A stretch of DNA of 64,000 bases from positions 57,660,001 to 57,724,000 of the forward strand of contig NC_087446.1 of the NCBI RefSeq assembly GCF_036321535.1, read 5' to 3'. The translations under genes were made by a program, and so were the position numbers. Every line of letters starts with the position of its first letter. The stretch's first letter is position 1. This document shows positions 35,265 through 48,624 of the stretch, in pieces. The DNA is from Camelus dromedarius (Eukaryota). The notes beneath the pieces were generated by a model. The model saw only the letters and a program-made list of their open reading frames with translations, ran no database searches and was not told the DNA's origin.

Positions 35265-35800
35265 TCCTCTCCCAGATATCTGCATGGTTAACACCCTCCC
35301 CTTCTTCAGGTCTCTGTCTAAACGTCACTTCCATAATGCCCACCCACTATTGAAAATCATACCAGCTCTCCACTTCCAAGGCTCTTCAGTTTCTTCTCCT
35401 TCACAAAATACTTATTAATGTATAAAATACCATATAATTCACTAGTCAATGATGTTCATGCTTATTGTCTATAACCTCTCACAGCCCTTACCCCATGGAA
35501 GCAGGAATCTTTGTCTCCTGCACAAAGTGATGCACTCCCAGCAGTGGTGTGCTGGAGCCCACCCAGAACACTTCCCAGTAGTCAGTTGTGCGTGTCTCTC
35601 CTCAATTCTGAGGTCAGTAAGGGCACACTGGGAGCTGGAAGCCTGCCATGGTGGGGAAGACTTTAATCATAGAAATTGACAAACTCAGCCCCTCTACTCC
35701 ACCCTCCTGAGAGGCAGTTAGTTGTTCAACATTTACCAGAAGCCACTAATTCTCCTCATGTAGAACATGCATCTGCCACGTAGTGGGTACTCAATAAATA
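35265..35800 (+). mobile_element. L2 3'-end fragment interrupted by MER63A
   Basis: cccagatatctgcatggttaacaccctccccttcttcaggtctctgtctaaacgtcacttcc ... gtgggtactcaataaatatttttgaataaac is an L2 terminus. Confidence 0.7.
35542..35747 (+). mobile_element. MER63A (hAT-Blackjack) MITE
   Basis: Terminal inverted repeats cagtggtgtgctgg ... ccagaagccact and internal gccatggtggg...agaaattgacaaac. Confidence 0.7.
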
Positions 35801-36776
35801 TTTTTGAATAAACAAATATTTTGAAATAATTTAGAATGTTTCCAATGTCACATCAATCAGAAGCATTAACTAAATATTTTATCCAGAATAAACACATAAA
35901 ATTTATAGGACAATGTACATAACATTGGTTTAACTTTTTAAATAATGTTCAAATACAACATGTTTCATCATAGCTGGATAATTTTGTATAACAAAGAAGT
36001 GATTATTTACATCTTTTCTATGGTATTTGGGGTTCATTTTTCTTCTTTTGTTTTACATTAGGCCATTTGACAATTTTTTTATTTATACTCATTTTTTGAA
36101 GTCAGTAATAATTCTTATTATGGTTTGCATTTTGAGCTAAGCTTTCTAATGGCAGGAATTTCTAAAGGATCTGAATGAACATTTATTTGTTTCCTAAAGA
36201 ATTATTTTAACTATCTGGGTTATGCCCAGAGTCGTATGTGATCCAACATCATCTATGAGTTAAATACACTTCTGAAATTACAGATTCAGTTGATAGAATA
36301 ATAACACAATTAAGTGATAGTATTCAGTAAGTGGCAAGCCAATCAGACATCATGCTGAGGGGCTTACCTATGAAGGATAATATCACTGGAATTAATTAGA
36401 AACATACATTGGGATTATTCAGTAATATTCTGCCAATTCAGGTTTAAAGTTTTAAAATATTCTTATCTTTAACACTTTGATGTACTAAATGTTATTTTGG
36501 GATTCTAAACATGTTAAAGCAAAATATACTTGTAATTGAATTCTTCCTCCACTCTCTAAGGAGAGTAAAAGCTGGTAGCTGAACTATGTATGTTTCGTTA
36601 GCCTAAAACATAATCACTCATCAACCTCAGAATACTCGAAATAATTGGACACATTATTAAAAAGCAGCTGTCCTATTAGCTTGTGGATAGGAGTGTAATA
36701 GAGATAAATCAGTCTAAATTAAAAGTCAATTAATATGAGGCCTAGAGAAAAGCTAGAGAGCTATTAGGATCCAGGA

Positions 36777-36887
36777 ATAGGAAGGAAGGAAGGGATGGGA
36801 GGGAAGAAAGGAAGAAAGAAAGAAAAAGAAAGGAAGAAGGGAGGATAGAAGGAAGGAAGGGAGGGAGGGAGGGAAAAGAAAGAAAAG
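36777..36887. repeat. Purine-rich (GGAA/GAAA/GGGA)n low-complexity tract
   Basis: About 110 nt of almost pure G/A sequence. Confidence 0.9.
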
Positions 36888-37039
36888 AGACAATTCAGCA
36901 CCTGGGAGGCTAAGAAAAAATATAATGGAGAAGAAACTAAGGATTTTTCAAATGAAATGCAGAGCTTTGTAAGATAGAAATCAACTCCCTTTTTCTCTAA
37001 AATCAATAAAAACCACATTGCTCACAAATACACATGTGC

Positions 37040-37165
37040 TGGAGATTAAATACTTAACTTCTTTCTGCTTCAAAGTCTTTATCTGAATAGTAATAATACT
37101 CACCTCATACAGGTTTTTTGGTTGCTGTTTGTTTAGAAAAATGAGATAAATGATATATAGTCAGT
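37040..37165 (+). mobile_element. MIR core remnant
   Basis: atacttaacttctttctgcttcaaagtctttatctgaatagtaataatactcacctcatacagg...atgagataaatgatatatag. Confidence 0.55.
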
Positions 37166-39722
37166 ATCTGGTAATCAATAAAATCTCAAACACTGATGGC
37201 TACATGTATTATTGTTACAGAGTTTAAGAAACAAAATATGAAAAGAATCACTATTTGAATATAAAAATAAAGGCAAAGGATAAGAATTTTCATCAGTAGG
37301 AAATCAGTTTCAGTGAAATGTGTTGAATAAATATTTTCAATCTGTATTTTAACATGTATCAATTTGTAAAACAAATTCAGCCCACCTCAATGTCTATCTA
37401 TGTATTGCCCTGTGTGTTAACTAGTTTTTTATTCATCCTTTCCTACTGTTTTTTTCTGTCCTACTTTCAAATACTTTCATCTTTCAATCCTATAACTAAT
37501 CTGCACTCTTAGCAATGAAGGCATACGTGCTTTACATCCATATTTATAACTGTGAAGAAAATAAATTGTAAAATGTTAAATTTATATTACATATATGTGT
37601 TTATATAGTATATGTGATGTGTATTGTATTCTTTTAGTAATAAAATTTCCATCTCTCATAGAAGCAAATGTGGAAATCAAGTTAAAAATATCCAATATCC
37701 AATGCCAGACTTCCAAATATTTATATTCTTGGTTCATAAATATTCCCATAAAGAGATGTCATACGTACAAATAGAAACTGAGGATGAGTCCAGCATTTAT
37801 GGGAGAAAAATAGGGACTTGTTATACAATCATAGAAAAGTCAGATTCTAAATCGAACTTTCACACACTCAGCATCACAGGTTGTTTATGAATTTGCCTCA
37901 TTTACCTCAATCATTTTGCTTTTTTTATATTTTCTTAACCATATTTATAAAATGATTTATCTGTGTCTTTTAATGATGCCTCATTGGCACTCTGTTTACT
38001 TAATGAATTCCCCTGAGCGAGCAAGAAAAACACAGATAAAAGAAGGCCAGTTCCATATGTATGACATACACAGAGAACATTCCTATTTTCTATTTTTTGA
38101 AGAAGCATTTAGGGAAAAATATAATAGTTTTTGAAGCCTAAGGAAAATATTACTTATATTTTATACCTGTATAACCACAGAATTGCAAAAGCTCACTTAA
38201 AATATTTATATTAATACAAAGAAACATGTCTTAATAAATAGTGTTTTGTGTTATATGAAAAGGGTCAAATGTAAGAGTACTATACTAGTTCACTCAGGTA
38301 TTAATGAATTTGTACATGGAGCTTCAGTAGGAGACAAAAAGCAAGTATGAATTCTATTATAAGAAAATATGCCCCAAAATTTGCAATAACAGGAATGAAG
38401 GATATTGTGGGTCAATTATCAGTCTAATAATGAGAACTATAATCCTAGAGAGCTATGACAAAGTTAACCACCACACTTGCTTTGAGAGTATGACAGAAAT
38501 CAAAAACATCGCTAACTCAATTTACCAGCCCTGAAATTATATAAATATGGAAACAAATCAGATAATAAAATTTGAGACTGAATCATCAAGAAGAACCAGG
38601 ACGTAAGTAAACTTGTTATTATTATTGTTATTATTATTCAGTAAAATATACATTATTCTATCTCATTTAAATGTTTAAAGTATTATTCACATATGTGTTT
38701 GTGAACTTTCAACTCTTTTCATATTAAAAATTAAATGCTTGTTTCCTCCCAAGAAGACTATTAATGGAGTCCTAAAGAGGCAGCACAGCAATAAGTCTTG
38801 GGTTGGTCATTAATTTTTTTTCTAAGTTAAATGGCATGCTCTTACAGAAATAGGATTATAAAAAAGACATTCTCCACTGGAAAAATATGTGCTTCCCAGT
38901 AAATGTTATTTGGACCATTTACTTGTTCATTTGCTAAAGTAATGTTGTTTTAAAAAAAAAAAAAACTGCATTATGCATTGTATGAATTAAGTTGTTTCTA
39001 GGCAACTATTTATTTTAGTATTAGAAGCTGCCCTTTCTTGTCTTTTGGCCTTTTTATCAGAAAAGGAAAAAAATTTTGATGTCAATCAAAGCCTTAAGAA
39101 AGAAATTTAGGAAAGAATGCCAGCAAAACATTCCCATGGATAAGTACATAAGTTCTAAAGTGAGATGATTACTATGTTGACTTGTTTAAACTTGTGAAAG
39201 TATCCTAAACTATGTGGGCCTCAGTTTCTCAAAATGTAAAGTGTGGAGGGAGGACTGCACAACTTCCTGTAAACTTTCAAACTCTATATTTAGGTTATCT
39301 GCAATCCATATTGGTTTTTATAATACTGAGGAAAGAAAAAGAATCAATGAGAATATTTTTGTATTTTTTTACAAAAGAAGCTAAATATTTTAAAGAATAA
39401 TTTCAAGCTTAATTTTAAAGAAACGTTAGAAGAAATAGCTTCTGCTTAAATGTTATCACAAGTTTTTATTTTATCCACAGCCTGTGATAATGTATTTACA
39501 AAGGTGAGAGATCAATAGTTAACTTCATTACTCAAATGAAAGGTCGAATGGAAATTGGAAAGAGTTATTGAAGGGGACCCACATTTTTAAATTGCATAGA
39601 TTATTCATTATCATTGATACTTTAAAAATTTTATATTCTATCCTCAGACTTATTTTAACTTTTTTATGTTCTATAGGGGGAAGGTAAATTTTCTGTTCTA
39701 AAGTAGGGGAGAAGGATCAGCA

Positions 39723-40661
39723 ATGAAAAATCACACAGTACCCACAGAATTCATTCTTCTAGGACTAGCCAATGACCCAGAGCTTCAGATTGTGATTTTT
39801 CTCTTTTTAATCATCACATATATATTAAGCGTCACTGGAAATTTGACCATCATCGCTCTCACCTTGGTGGACTCCCATCTACAGACCCCTATGTATTTCT
39901 TTCTCAGGAACTTCTCTGTATTAGAAATTTCATTTACCACTGTCTGTATCCCTAGATTTCTGGGCACAATTATCACCAGGGACAAAACTATTTCATACAA
40001 CAATTGTACCACTCAGTTGTTTTTCTTTATCTTCATGGGTATAACTGAATTTTATCTTCTAACTGCCATGTCCTATGATCGCTACGTGGCTATCTGCAAA
40101 CCCCTGCATTACACAACCATCATGAATAAAAGAGTCTGCATATTGCTTGTCTTTTTTGCTTGGCTGGCAGGATTCCTAAATATTTTCCCTCCAGTTATTC
40201 TTTTTCTCCAGTTAGATTACTGTGGCTCCAATATTATTGATCACTTTGCTTGTGACTATTTCCCCCTCTTGCAATTGTCCTGCTCAGACACGTGGCTCCT
40301 AGAAGTGATTGGTTTCTACTCTGCAATCGTGATTCTGCTTTTCACTTTGGCCTTAATAATTCTATCCTACATGTTCATCATTAAGACAATTCTGAAACTG
40401 CCTTCTGCTAGTCAGAGAAAAAAGGCATTTTCTACATGCTCCTCTCACATGATCGTCATTTCCATCTCTTATGGAAGCTGCATCTTCATGTATGCCAACC
40501 CTTCAGCAAAAGAAAAGGCATCCTTGACAAAAGGAGTAGCTATTTTGAATACTTCTGTTGCTCCTATGATGAATCCATTTATATATACCCTGAGGAACCA
40601 GCAAGTGAAGCAAGCATTTAAGGATACCATCCAAAAGGTCATGTTTTATTCTAGTAAATGA
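39723..40661 (+). CDS. Olfactory receptor family 6C member, OR6C3-related but distinct (312 aa), single copy in the palindrome spacer
   Basis: Complete [25 protein letters not shown] with all OR motifs ([36 protein letters not shown]). Clearly diverged from the three OR6C3-like copies at the nucleotide level. Confidence 0.93.
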   Translation: MKNHTVPTEFILLGLANDPELQIVIFLFLIITYILSVTGNLTIIALTLVDSHLQTPMYFFLRNFSVLEISFTTVCIPRFLGTIITRDKTISYNNCTTQLFFFIFMGITEFYLLTAMSYDRYVAICKPLHYTTIMNKRVCILLVFFAWLAGFLNIFPPVILFLQLDYCGSNIIDHFACDYFPLLQLSCSDTWLLEVIGFYSAIVILLFTLALIILSYMFIIKTILKLPSASQRKKAFSTCSSHMIVISISYGSCIFMYANPSAKEKASLTKGVAILNTSVAPMMNPFIYTLRNQQVKQAFKDTIQKVMFYSSK

Positions 40662-41239
40662 AAGTATTTGTAGCATTAAAAGAATAAAATTTTGTCAATG
40701 CATTCTATTATTCACACTCTCTCCAAACTCTCTTTCCTTCACTATTTACATTATATATATTTGGTTATGTATTTTTTCCCTCTTGTTTATTCCCATATAA
40801 AATCTCCCCCATTATGAACCCAATAAATTTGACAAAGCTAAATATTGCCTCTGTAAATTGTATTATTTATATGCATTTGGATGAAGTGAAAAGCACAGGT
40901 TAATGTTACAGTTTTGAGTAGAAGTGGTTTGCTTTTGACGAGACATAGGCCATTTAGTTTGATGGAAAGAGTGTTAGAATAGAAGTGGATCTTTGAACTT
41001 TTCATTCATACTAGGTAATACAAAGGAAAGTTATTAGGAATTTTTTATTCTATTTGGCAATTCCATGAAATCAAATAACCACGATCACCAGAGGGTTTGA
41101 AATAAAATATAAGTAGCTACTCAAACATTTTTAAAAGATCAGAAACTCATATATATTCAAGTTCTTTATGCTATTAATAGTATCTATGATAATAATGAGA
41201 AGGAGGAGAAGGAAGAGGTAGAGGGGTAGAAGATAACAT

Positions 41240-41350
41240 TTTTTCAGCAATTACCATATTCCAGATCTATTCTAATTGTTTTCTGCATGTTGGCTCATTG
41301 AATTCTGCCAACAACTTTATGAGGTACCTATAATTGTTATTCTCTTTCAG
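41240..41350 (-). mobile_element. MIR remnant
   Basis: catgttggctcattgaattctgccaacaactttatgaggtacctataattgttattctctttcagtgagagg matches antisense MIR. Confidence 0.55.
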
Positions 41351-41876
41351 TGAGAGGTGTTTTTCTTTAGGTAGATCTAATATCTCAAAAAATTAAAAAC
41401 AGAGAACAGATAATGTAAAATAATGTCAAGTAAAATGGATGAAAAATGGTGAGAGTTCAGCTTTCTGGAGAAACAAGTTTTAATCTGAGAGTCTAGAAAT
41501 GCCTTTAGGGTTTTGGGAAGCAGAGAAAAACAGCATCTGTTGATACTATTCTGAACAGTATTAGATACGTCATATGCAATATTCATTTTGCAAAACCTCT
41601 TAGAGAGTGAGTGTTACAGTTCCTACTACACAGGTGTATAGAATGAAACTGAGGTTGAGAGTTCAATGTCACAGAGATATACCTTTCTGAACTGAAATTT
41701 AAATCTACTTTTTTTTTTAACATCAAAATCAAGACTAGTAGGGGTACTGTCACTTGAACAATGACTTTCATTTGTAACAATTTATGAATAGAAATTCATG
41801 TTAAATATTAGAACTGTTAAAGGGTTTTCTCATTCTGGCATTACTATGATCAAATAAAATATACCTCAAAAAACAG

Positions 41877-41984
41877 GGAGGGGAGGGTATAGCTCAGTGG
41901 TAGATTGTGTGCTTAGCATGCACAAGGTACTAGGTCCTATCCCTACCTTCATTAATAAATAAACAAACAAACAAATAAATAAAT
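41877..41984 (+). mobile_element. tRNA-derived SINE (vic-1-like) with TSD
   Basis: gggaggggagggtatagctcagtggtagattgtgtgcttagcatgcacaagg plus an (AAAT/AAAC)n tail. TSD AAAAACAG at 41869-41876 and 41985-41992. Absent from the left arm. Confidence 0.85.
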
Positions 41985-43710
41985 AAAAACAGTTGTTAAG
42001 TGGCATAATATAAAATAAAAAAGAAAAATGAACACTAAAAAAAAATACCTTAAATATATCCAATTCATTATTTCTTTGTCATACTAAGTTGTCTAGCCAT
42101 GATGAAAATACACATTTATTTGAACACTATTTTAAAAGCTAAATCAATGTTGTGTATGTTATTATATAAATTATATGTGTTTATTTTGGGTAAAATGTTT
42201 AGTTAAGCTGCTGATTACCGTGACATTGGAACCATTCTAAATTATTTTAAAGTATTTATTTATTTAAAAAAAATTTATTGAGTATCTACTACATGGTAGA
42301 TGCATGTTCTGCACAAGGAGGATTAGTGACTTCTGGTAAATGTTTAACAACTGCCTGTTGGCAGATGGAGAAGAGGAGCTGATTTGTAGAGTTTGTCAGT
42401 TTCTATGATGGTCTCTCACCATAGCAGATTTCAAGCTACAAATGTGCCCTTGACTGACCACAAAATTGAGTAGAGACTTGCACAGTTGGCTTCTGGTGTT
42501 AACCATGCAGATACCTGGGAGAGGAGACTTGCCAGTGTAAGAACATTTAGTGTAAATACACTAAGGTTTTAGGAGGAAAATCATGTCATTTGCAAAGAAA
42601 GATTTTTTTTGTTTCCCTCTTTCCAATAACTTTAAATATATTTGTTTTCTTATGCTAGTGCCCTGAATAGAACCTCCAGCAGAGCACTGAATAAAAGCAG
42701 TGACAGTGGTCATTCTCTTCTTGTAGCTGATTTTACCAAGGCTGTTACTATTGTTTAAATAAATTAGGCATATTTGCTGTAATTTTTAAATCATATGCTA
42801 GGATAGAGAACTGGAAAAGTAAATCTCATGTACAGATCAAGCAGATTCAAAAACTATGAAGATTTTTAAAAATACTTGCTTTAACTGTCTTTTTAAAATT
42901 TCTTAAAAATTTGTTGACATATTATAAACCAGAACTTAAACATATCTTTCACTCCTGTATACTTTCAGTATGAAATTCCTAAAATACAAGCTTGTTTTCT
43001 TGCTTAACTACAGTGCAATTTCCAAGCTAGGAAAATTGACATGCACACACACACAAAACTTTGTTGTCATTTATCACCTTGCCCATACTGACATATCCCC
43101 AGTCGTTCCAAAATATCATTTTATACTTGACTTGTTCAAATTAGAGCCAAACAAGGAACATACAGCCTACCTGGCTGTGATGATTGAGTCATGTCTTTTA
43201 TGCTACTGAAACAATGTTCTGTTCTATTTTATTAAGAGATTTTTAAAAATCATGAATGGCCATTACATTTTATCAAAGGAGGTGTGATTTTCTTTTTTTC
43301 ACTTTTTTTAATCTTTAATTTTTTAATGTTTAAATTCCTCAAGAACGCTTTCTAAATATCAATTACTTTTGGGATAAAATCATATGGAACATGAAATAGT
43401 AGTTTGCTAATTTCCTTCAGTATTTTATCTCCTAATTTAACAGTCAAGTTGCTGGTGATTTTTCATTTCTCAGATTATCTTTGGATACCAAGAATGACAT
43501 AAAAGAACAAAAATGAGTTAGAAATGTTTACCTCTTCTTTTCTTCTGGAACTGTTTTATAAGATTGCTCTCGTTCACGCTCATTATAAAAAAATTAAAGT
43601 TGGTGTTAAATTTAAAAATCTTACATCTATTACTGAATTTTCACATTTTAGTCAAACTACATTACATTAAATGAGAACATGTGGGTCAATGTTTATAGAA
43701 AAATCTAAGA

Positions 43711-43932
43711 CAGGGGTTGAAAAACTATGGTCCACGGGCCGAATTTGGCCCACCATATATTTGTGTTCAATAGTTTATCAGAACACACCTAAGCCCGTTC
43801 ATTTACACGTTGTTTATAGCTGTATTCACACTACAAAGAGGGAGAGTTGAGTAGTTGCATAAGAGACACTATGACCTGCAAAATCTAAATTATTAATGTA
43901 TTGTCCTTTACAGAGAAAGTTTATTAACCTCT
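43711..43932 (+). mobile_element. MER58A (hAT-Charlie) DNA transposon
   Basis: caggggttgaaaaactatggtccacgggccgaatttggcccacc...gagttgagtagttgcataagagacactatgacctgcaaaatctaaa...cctttacagagaaagtttattaacctct follows the MER58A consensus. Confidence 0.82.
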
Positions 43933-45645
43933 CATATCGATAATCAAAATGCTCAGATTCCAAACATTTACAATAACCACTAAGGAGGCCGTATAGAGTG
44001 TTACAGAGGGATGCATCGTCTCCTAAGACCAGCATAAACTCCTTCATATCTTTTGTAATAGTTTTACAGTTCTTTTAATTCTCAGATCTATACTTGTCTG
44101 AATTTTATGGTATATTTTTATTGAGTACTTAAGAACCTACAATCATCAATCAAGTCTAAACTTCATTATTTCTGAATGTTTCCAGTTTAGTTTAGGAACT
44201 GTAGTTTCAGTATGAAGGAAGGAAATAATAACTCCATTACCTCTCTGCAAAATGGAAATGTCACTTTTTTAAAATACGTTGTTTTGTTTGTTTTTCAGCA
44301 TATCATAGACCTGAGTCTGTCAACTGCATATACTACATGACTATCAAGGAGAATCTGGTTCAATGAATTAACAATTACAGCCTTTGTTTTGCAGAAAAAA
44401 TGGTTAAAAAAATTTAGGATGATTTTGAGCAACATTATTATTATTTCAGGTTTTGAATTCATGGAAAATGGGAAAAGAAAAGTTTGGGCCAGAATTGCAT
44501 GATCCACTATGATCATCACAGAAATCCTAATTAGCATGTTTTCCAATATGATGCCATATTCTGATGCTTAAAAAAGAACATAAATTTTTTTTTAATTTTA
44601 ATTTTAATTTTATATACAGTGAAACTTTGCCATTGTTAGCTATTTTCTACCGATTTAACTAGGCTTGTCTTTTAAGTAAGCAATTACGTAAATAGTATGT
44701 GTAAGCTATTATATTAAAATAGCCACAAATATGAGAAAGTTACAAAACTCTTAGCTACTGATTATCCAAAGACCAGCTTAACATCAGGCATTTGTTTAAA
44801 TGCACTACTGAGCCACAGCAAATGTAGTCATATTTGGCATCTAGTAATATTTATCTCTCCAGGCTTCTATTAAGAATTGTTATATATGTAAGTTAATTTT
44901 GAAGTTCCACAAAAAAAAATGGGGCATTTCATACTTTTTCCCTGAGCAACTGTGTATTCAAAACATTGATAAATTATATGGCACAGAAAATTTTAAACTT
45001 AGTAGTGAGAAATGTTTTTCATTTCTCAAAAAATATAATTACATTATTCTTTCAGTTGTCCTGTTTTTCACATAGTTACTAAGCGGTCCACAATGTGGTG
45101 GGGATAGTATGTGTTACATTCTAGGAAGACTGTCAGATTTTGCTTATGGTCATTGGGTACTAAATTAAAAATAATGTTAAACGTGATTTAATATTTCCTC
45201 AATTTCTAGAAAGGGTGTGTCCTGGTGAACCATAAGACGCAGTTCTCTCTTGTGTGCTCTTGCCCCAACTCTTTCTGTCTTTCTTTCATTTTCTAAAAAT
45301 TATTCTGAAAAATTGGAATTAAAAAAGATTTCAAAAATGCACTGAGTTTAGTCTCATAGTTACTGAGTGGAAAGACCAGCCCAAAGGAAGGGAAGTGCAT
45401 GAGAGAAGGAAGAGAATTTAAAAGGAAAATGAATAAATATATATATAGATGAAGAATTTGAAAGGAAAAAAAGAAAAATATATACATATACAAATATTCT
45501 TGATAACACACTGGCAATAAAATTATAAGCAATGAAAAATAACTCTTGGGAGACTGTGAGGAAATTAATAGATGTTGAGAACCCTGATTTTCATTTAATT
45601 TCTCTACTTTATGCCTCTAATTTATGGAACAGCACATTTGTTTTT

Positions 45646-46584
45646 TCATTTGCTTGAGAAAAATACAATCTTCCTTGCCATGTGCATGAAGGCTCGTTTC
45701 ACTTGCTGATTCCTTAGGCTGTAAATAAAGGGGTTCAGCATGGGGGCTACTGAGGTGTTGAGCACAGCCACACCCTTGCTCAAAGACAGTCTGTCTTTTG
45801 CTGATGGTTTAATGTACATGAAGATACAGCTACCATAAGAAATGGAGATGACAATCATGTGGGAAAAACACGTGGAAAAGGCCTTTGTCCTCTGACTGGT
45901 AGAAGGAATCCGCACAATTGTGCTGATGATATATATGTAGGACAGGAATATCAGTGCCAAAGTGAACATTAGAGTGAACACCGCGCAGGAAAAAAGCATT
46001 GTCTCCAGGAATTTGGTGTCTGAACAGGAAAGGTGTAATAAGGGGGAAAAATCGCAAGTAAAATGGTCGATGACATTGGACTTACAGTAATAAAGCTGTA
46101 TGGATATCATAAGTAATGGGAATGTGATTAAGAATGAAGCCAGCCAAGAAGCAAAGACAAGCAGTATGCAGACTCTCTGGTTCATGATGGTTGTGTAATG
46201 CAGAGGTTTGCAGATGGCAACATAGCGGTCATAAGACATGGCAGCCAGCAGGTAAAATTCAGTGACTCCCAGGAGAATGAAAAAAAATAACTGAGCCATA
46301 CAGTCATCAAAGGAAATGGTTTTATCTCCTGTAACAATGGTGCTCAGGAACCTGGGTATAGTGACAGTTGTGAATGACACCTCTAGTAAGGAGAAGTTTC
46401 TGAGGAAGAAATACATGGGGGTCTGGAGGTGGGAGTCCAGCAGGGTCAGGGTGATAATGGTCAGGTTCCCTGTGATGCTGAGCATGTAGGGGATGAGCAG
46501 AAAGATGAAGATGACAGCCTGAAGCTGTGGGTCATCGGACAGTCCCAGGAGGATGAACTCTCTTATTACTGTGTAGTTCCTCAT
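45646..46584 (-). CDS. OR6C1: Olfactory receptor 6C1-like, copy C (312 aa)
   Basis: ATG at 46584 (minus strand) and an intact ORF. Carries unusual substitutions (TCFSH, CDFSP, MLFS). Confidence 0.9.
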   Translation of the reverse strand: MRNYTVIREFILLGLSDDPQLQAVIFIFLLIPYMLSITGNLTIITLTLLDSHLQTPMYFFLRNFSLLEVSFTTVTIPRFLSTIVTGDKTISFDDCMAQLFFFILLGVTEFYLLAAMSYDRYVAICKPLHYTTIMNQRVCILLVFASWLASFLITFPLLMISIQLYYCKSNVIDHFTCDFSPLLHLSCSDTKFLETMLFSCAVFTLMFTLALIFLSYIYIISTIVRIPSTSQRTKAFSTCFSHMIVISISYGSCIFMYIKPSAKDRLSLSKGVAVLNTSVAPMLNPFIYSLRNQQVKRAFMHMARKIVFFSSK

Positions 46585-46611
46585 TTTTTTTTTTCTCTTC
46601 TCTTGTGTCAA

Positions 46612-46650
46612 CTACAAGAGGAAACACAAAGAGAAGACTTAAAGAAAAGA
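46612..46650 (-). promoter_or_regulatory. Splice acceptor upstream of OR6C1-like copy C
   Basis: Reverse complement of the same polypyrimidine/AG motif, with AG at 46613-46612. Confidence 0.65.
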
Positions 46651-46777
46651 GGATTACCCACAGATAGCATTGGAATTTGCCTCTGGAAGTCAACTATTAT
46701 GCCATGCTAATTTAATTTAGGAGATTTTTAAAACAAGTTCATGAACATAGATGACATGTTTTAAAGTAAGATTTTTA

Positions 46778-48624
46778 TAAAAGAGCCTATATGATCAAAT
46801 AATCAAACTTAACCTGTAAACAAAATTAATCTTGATTTGGCTATATTTAATAAAAATGAAGGTAACATTAAAGAGAAAAAGATTTTATTTTAGTGGATAT
46901 TAAATTCCAGTTTTGTTAATTGAGGTCTGTATTTACTAAGACTCACTTCCCAAATCATTGCTTGCTGTTGTTACATTGCGGCAAAGTTTAATTAAATTAT
47001 TAAAGACACTCTAGGTTTATTTCTGAAGCTCAGTAATCTATCCTTGGTGGAAGATCTGATGCCCCATCACCTTCAACCAGGGGATTATACATACTGGAAC
47101 AGGCATGACTTAAAGAACTGTCTCCAACCTGGATGGAAGGACCCTTTATCAGGTACTCTTAACCAGACCATGCACAGTGAAACCTAAAGGAAATTGACTT
47201 TTGGATTAATTTCCAGTCAGAAAGAGCCCTTGCACTGGCCTACAGAGTAGTGCTCACCTTAAAACAATGCTCAAATGGAGAAGAAGCTACCAGGCCACGA
47301 TGAGAAGACGACAACATCTGAGGTAGACAGTTGACCGAAGACACCAGACCAGGCCTGTTTACCAATTACTTTGATAATTGTTCATACCTTTGATTATGAA
47401 CTAATCCAACTGTTAGGTTTATGGTAAATTACCTATATCTAGTACTTCTGTGTTACCTTGGCGGGTTTCCCTACTCCAAGGCTCTCACAAGATAGCCCTC
47501 AGAAAATTTATTCTAAAAAGAAATTATAGTTCTGTTTAGGCCACTGTTGACATTACAAGGTGGGAGACCTCACCTGGCCAATTAATAATACCTGCTCTGA
47601 GCCTGACCATGAATATGAATTTTCTTATAAGATCACTCAAGCTCAATCAGAAACACAAGGAAAATTTTAACCCAAAAAGGTAACTTCTCGACTATTAAAT
47701 TCTTACTCGTGACTTTATTAACATTACTAGCTGTATTATTGATACCCTGTCTATTTTATAAGATTGTTCTCTCTTACATTTTCCAGTGTGTAACTAGGCC
47801 TCCAACAAGATTGATGATGGCTAAACATCTTGAGGAAAACGATAAAATTTATAAATTTATAACTGCATAGAATAATTTTAATAGTGTGATTCTAGGTATG
47901 GGAATGAGCAACAAGGGGTAAACATTTCCTGGATCATAATACACTAGTAAGACAGGTGATCCAGAGAATTTTTAGTATCAACAGGCCTGATCCAAAAACT
48001 AGCACTTTGAGTGGCATGTCAACAGATACTTCACCAGATATAGGAATGAGCCTTCCTAGCACCATGAGACAAAATTGGTCATGAAATGTCTCCCAAAATA
48101 TTGGTCGAATTTAGGACCAAGGGGGAGCACTGTCAACTAAAATACTGCAATCATATCAGTAAACAAAGAATGCTGAAACCAAGTCATCAGCGGCTGCCAC
48201 CACCCCCCAGTGAGAACAGGCCTGCAGCCCAGCCTCTGCAGCCACTCACAATGGTGCAACTCTGAGGGGACTCAGAATAAGAAAGGACAGGATACTGGCC
48301 CTAGATAGCCAGATGCTTGTCAAAGGAATGAGTTAAATGAGCCCACATGTTTCCTTCCTCCCATACATAGAAAAGCACTAAATTCTTTAACTTGAGATGT
48401 CTGGTTTTCTTTAGATACCAAGCACTCTTTTATTGTTCAAAATACCTGGTCTTTGTTGTAAAGCTCCTATATATCCAACCTCCTCCCCCACCTCTTCAGA
48501 GCAGTCCCTCAGAGCAATCTGAGGGGCTGTCATCCCGGCTCGAGTCCTCTTGCCAAATAAAACATAACTCTCAAAAAATAAATGAATGAATGAATGAATT
48601 AATTAATTAATTAATTAAAAAAAT
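46778..48624 (+). mobile_element. 5'-truncated ERV1-class (MER4-like) retroviral fragment: internal region + PPT + U3-R, ending in an A-rich tail
   Basis: Integrase-end relic tggaaggaccctttatcaggtactcttaacc (47134-47164, WKGPYQVLLT-like with a frameshift). PPT aagggggag at about 48119-48127, LTR start TG at 48131, AATAAA at 48556-48561, A-rich tail from 48573. Flanked by a 15-bp duplication (46763-46777 / 48625-48639). Absent from copies A and B. Confidence 0.8.

Larger units (their letters stand above)
18115..36100 (+). repeat. Left arm of large imperfect inverted duplication (OR6C3+OR6C1 module 2)
   Basis: Collinear reverse-complement homology to about 41865-61790. Examples: attagattgagttctg at 18117 matches about 61789, MER58A at 33850 matches 43711, and MER63A at 35542 matches about 42330-42490. 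Confidence 0.85.

Noticed and set aside
39660-39706. Possible 7-nt micro-exon (tag|GGGGAAG|gtaaat) before the central OR
   Set aside because: The following intron would be about 23 nt, too short to splice. This is more simply two alternative acceptors.
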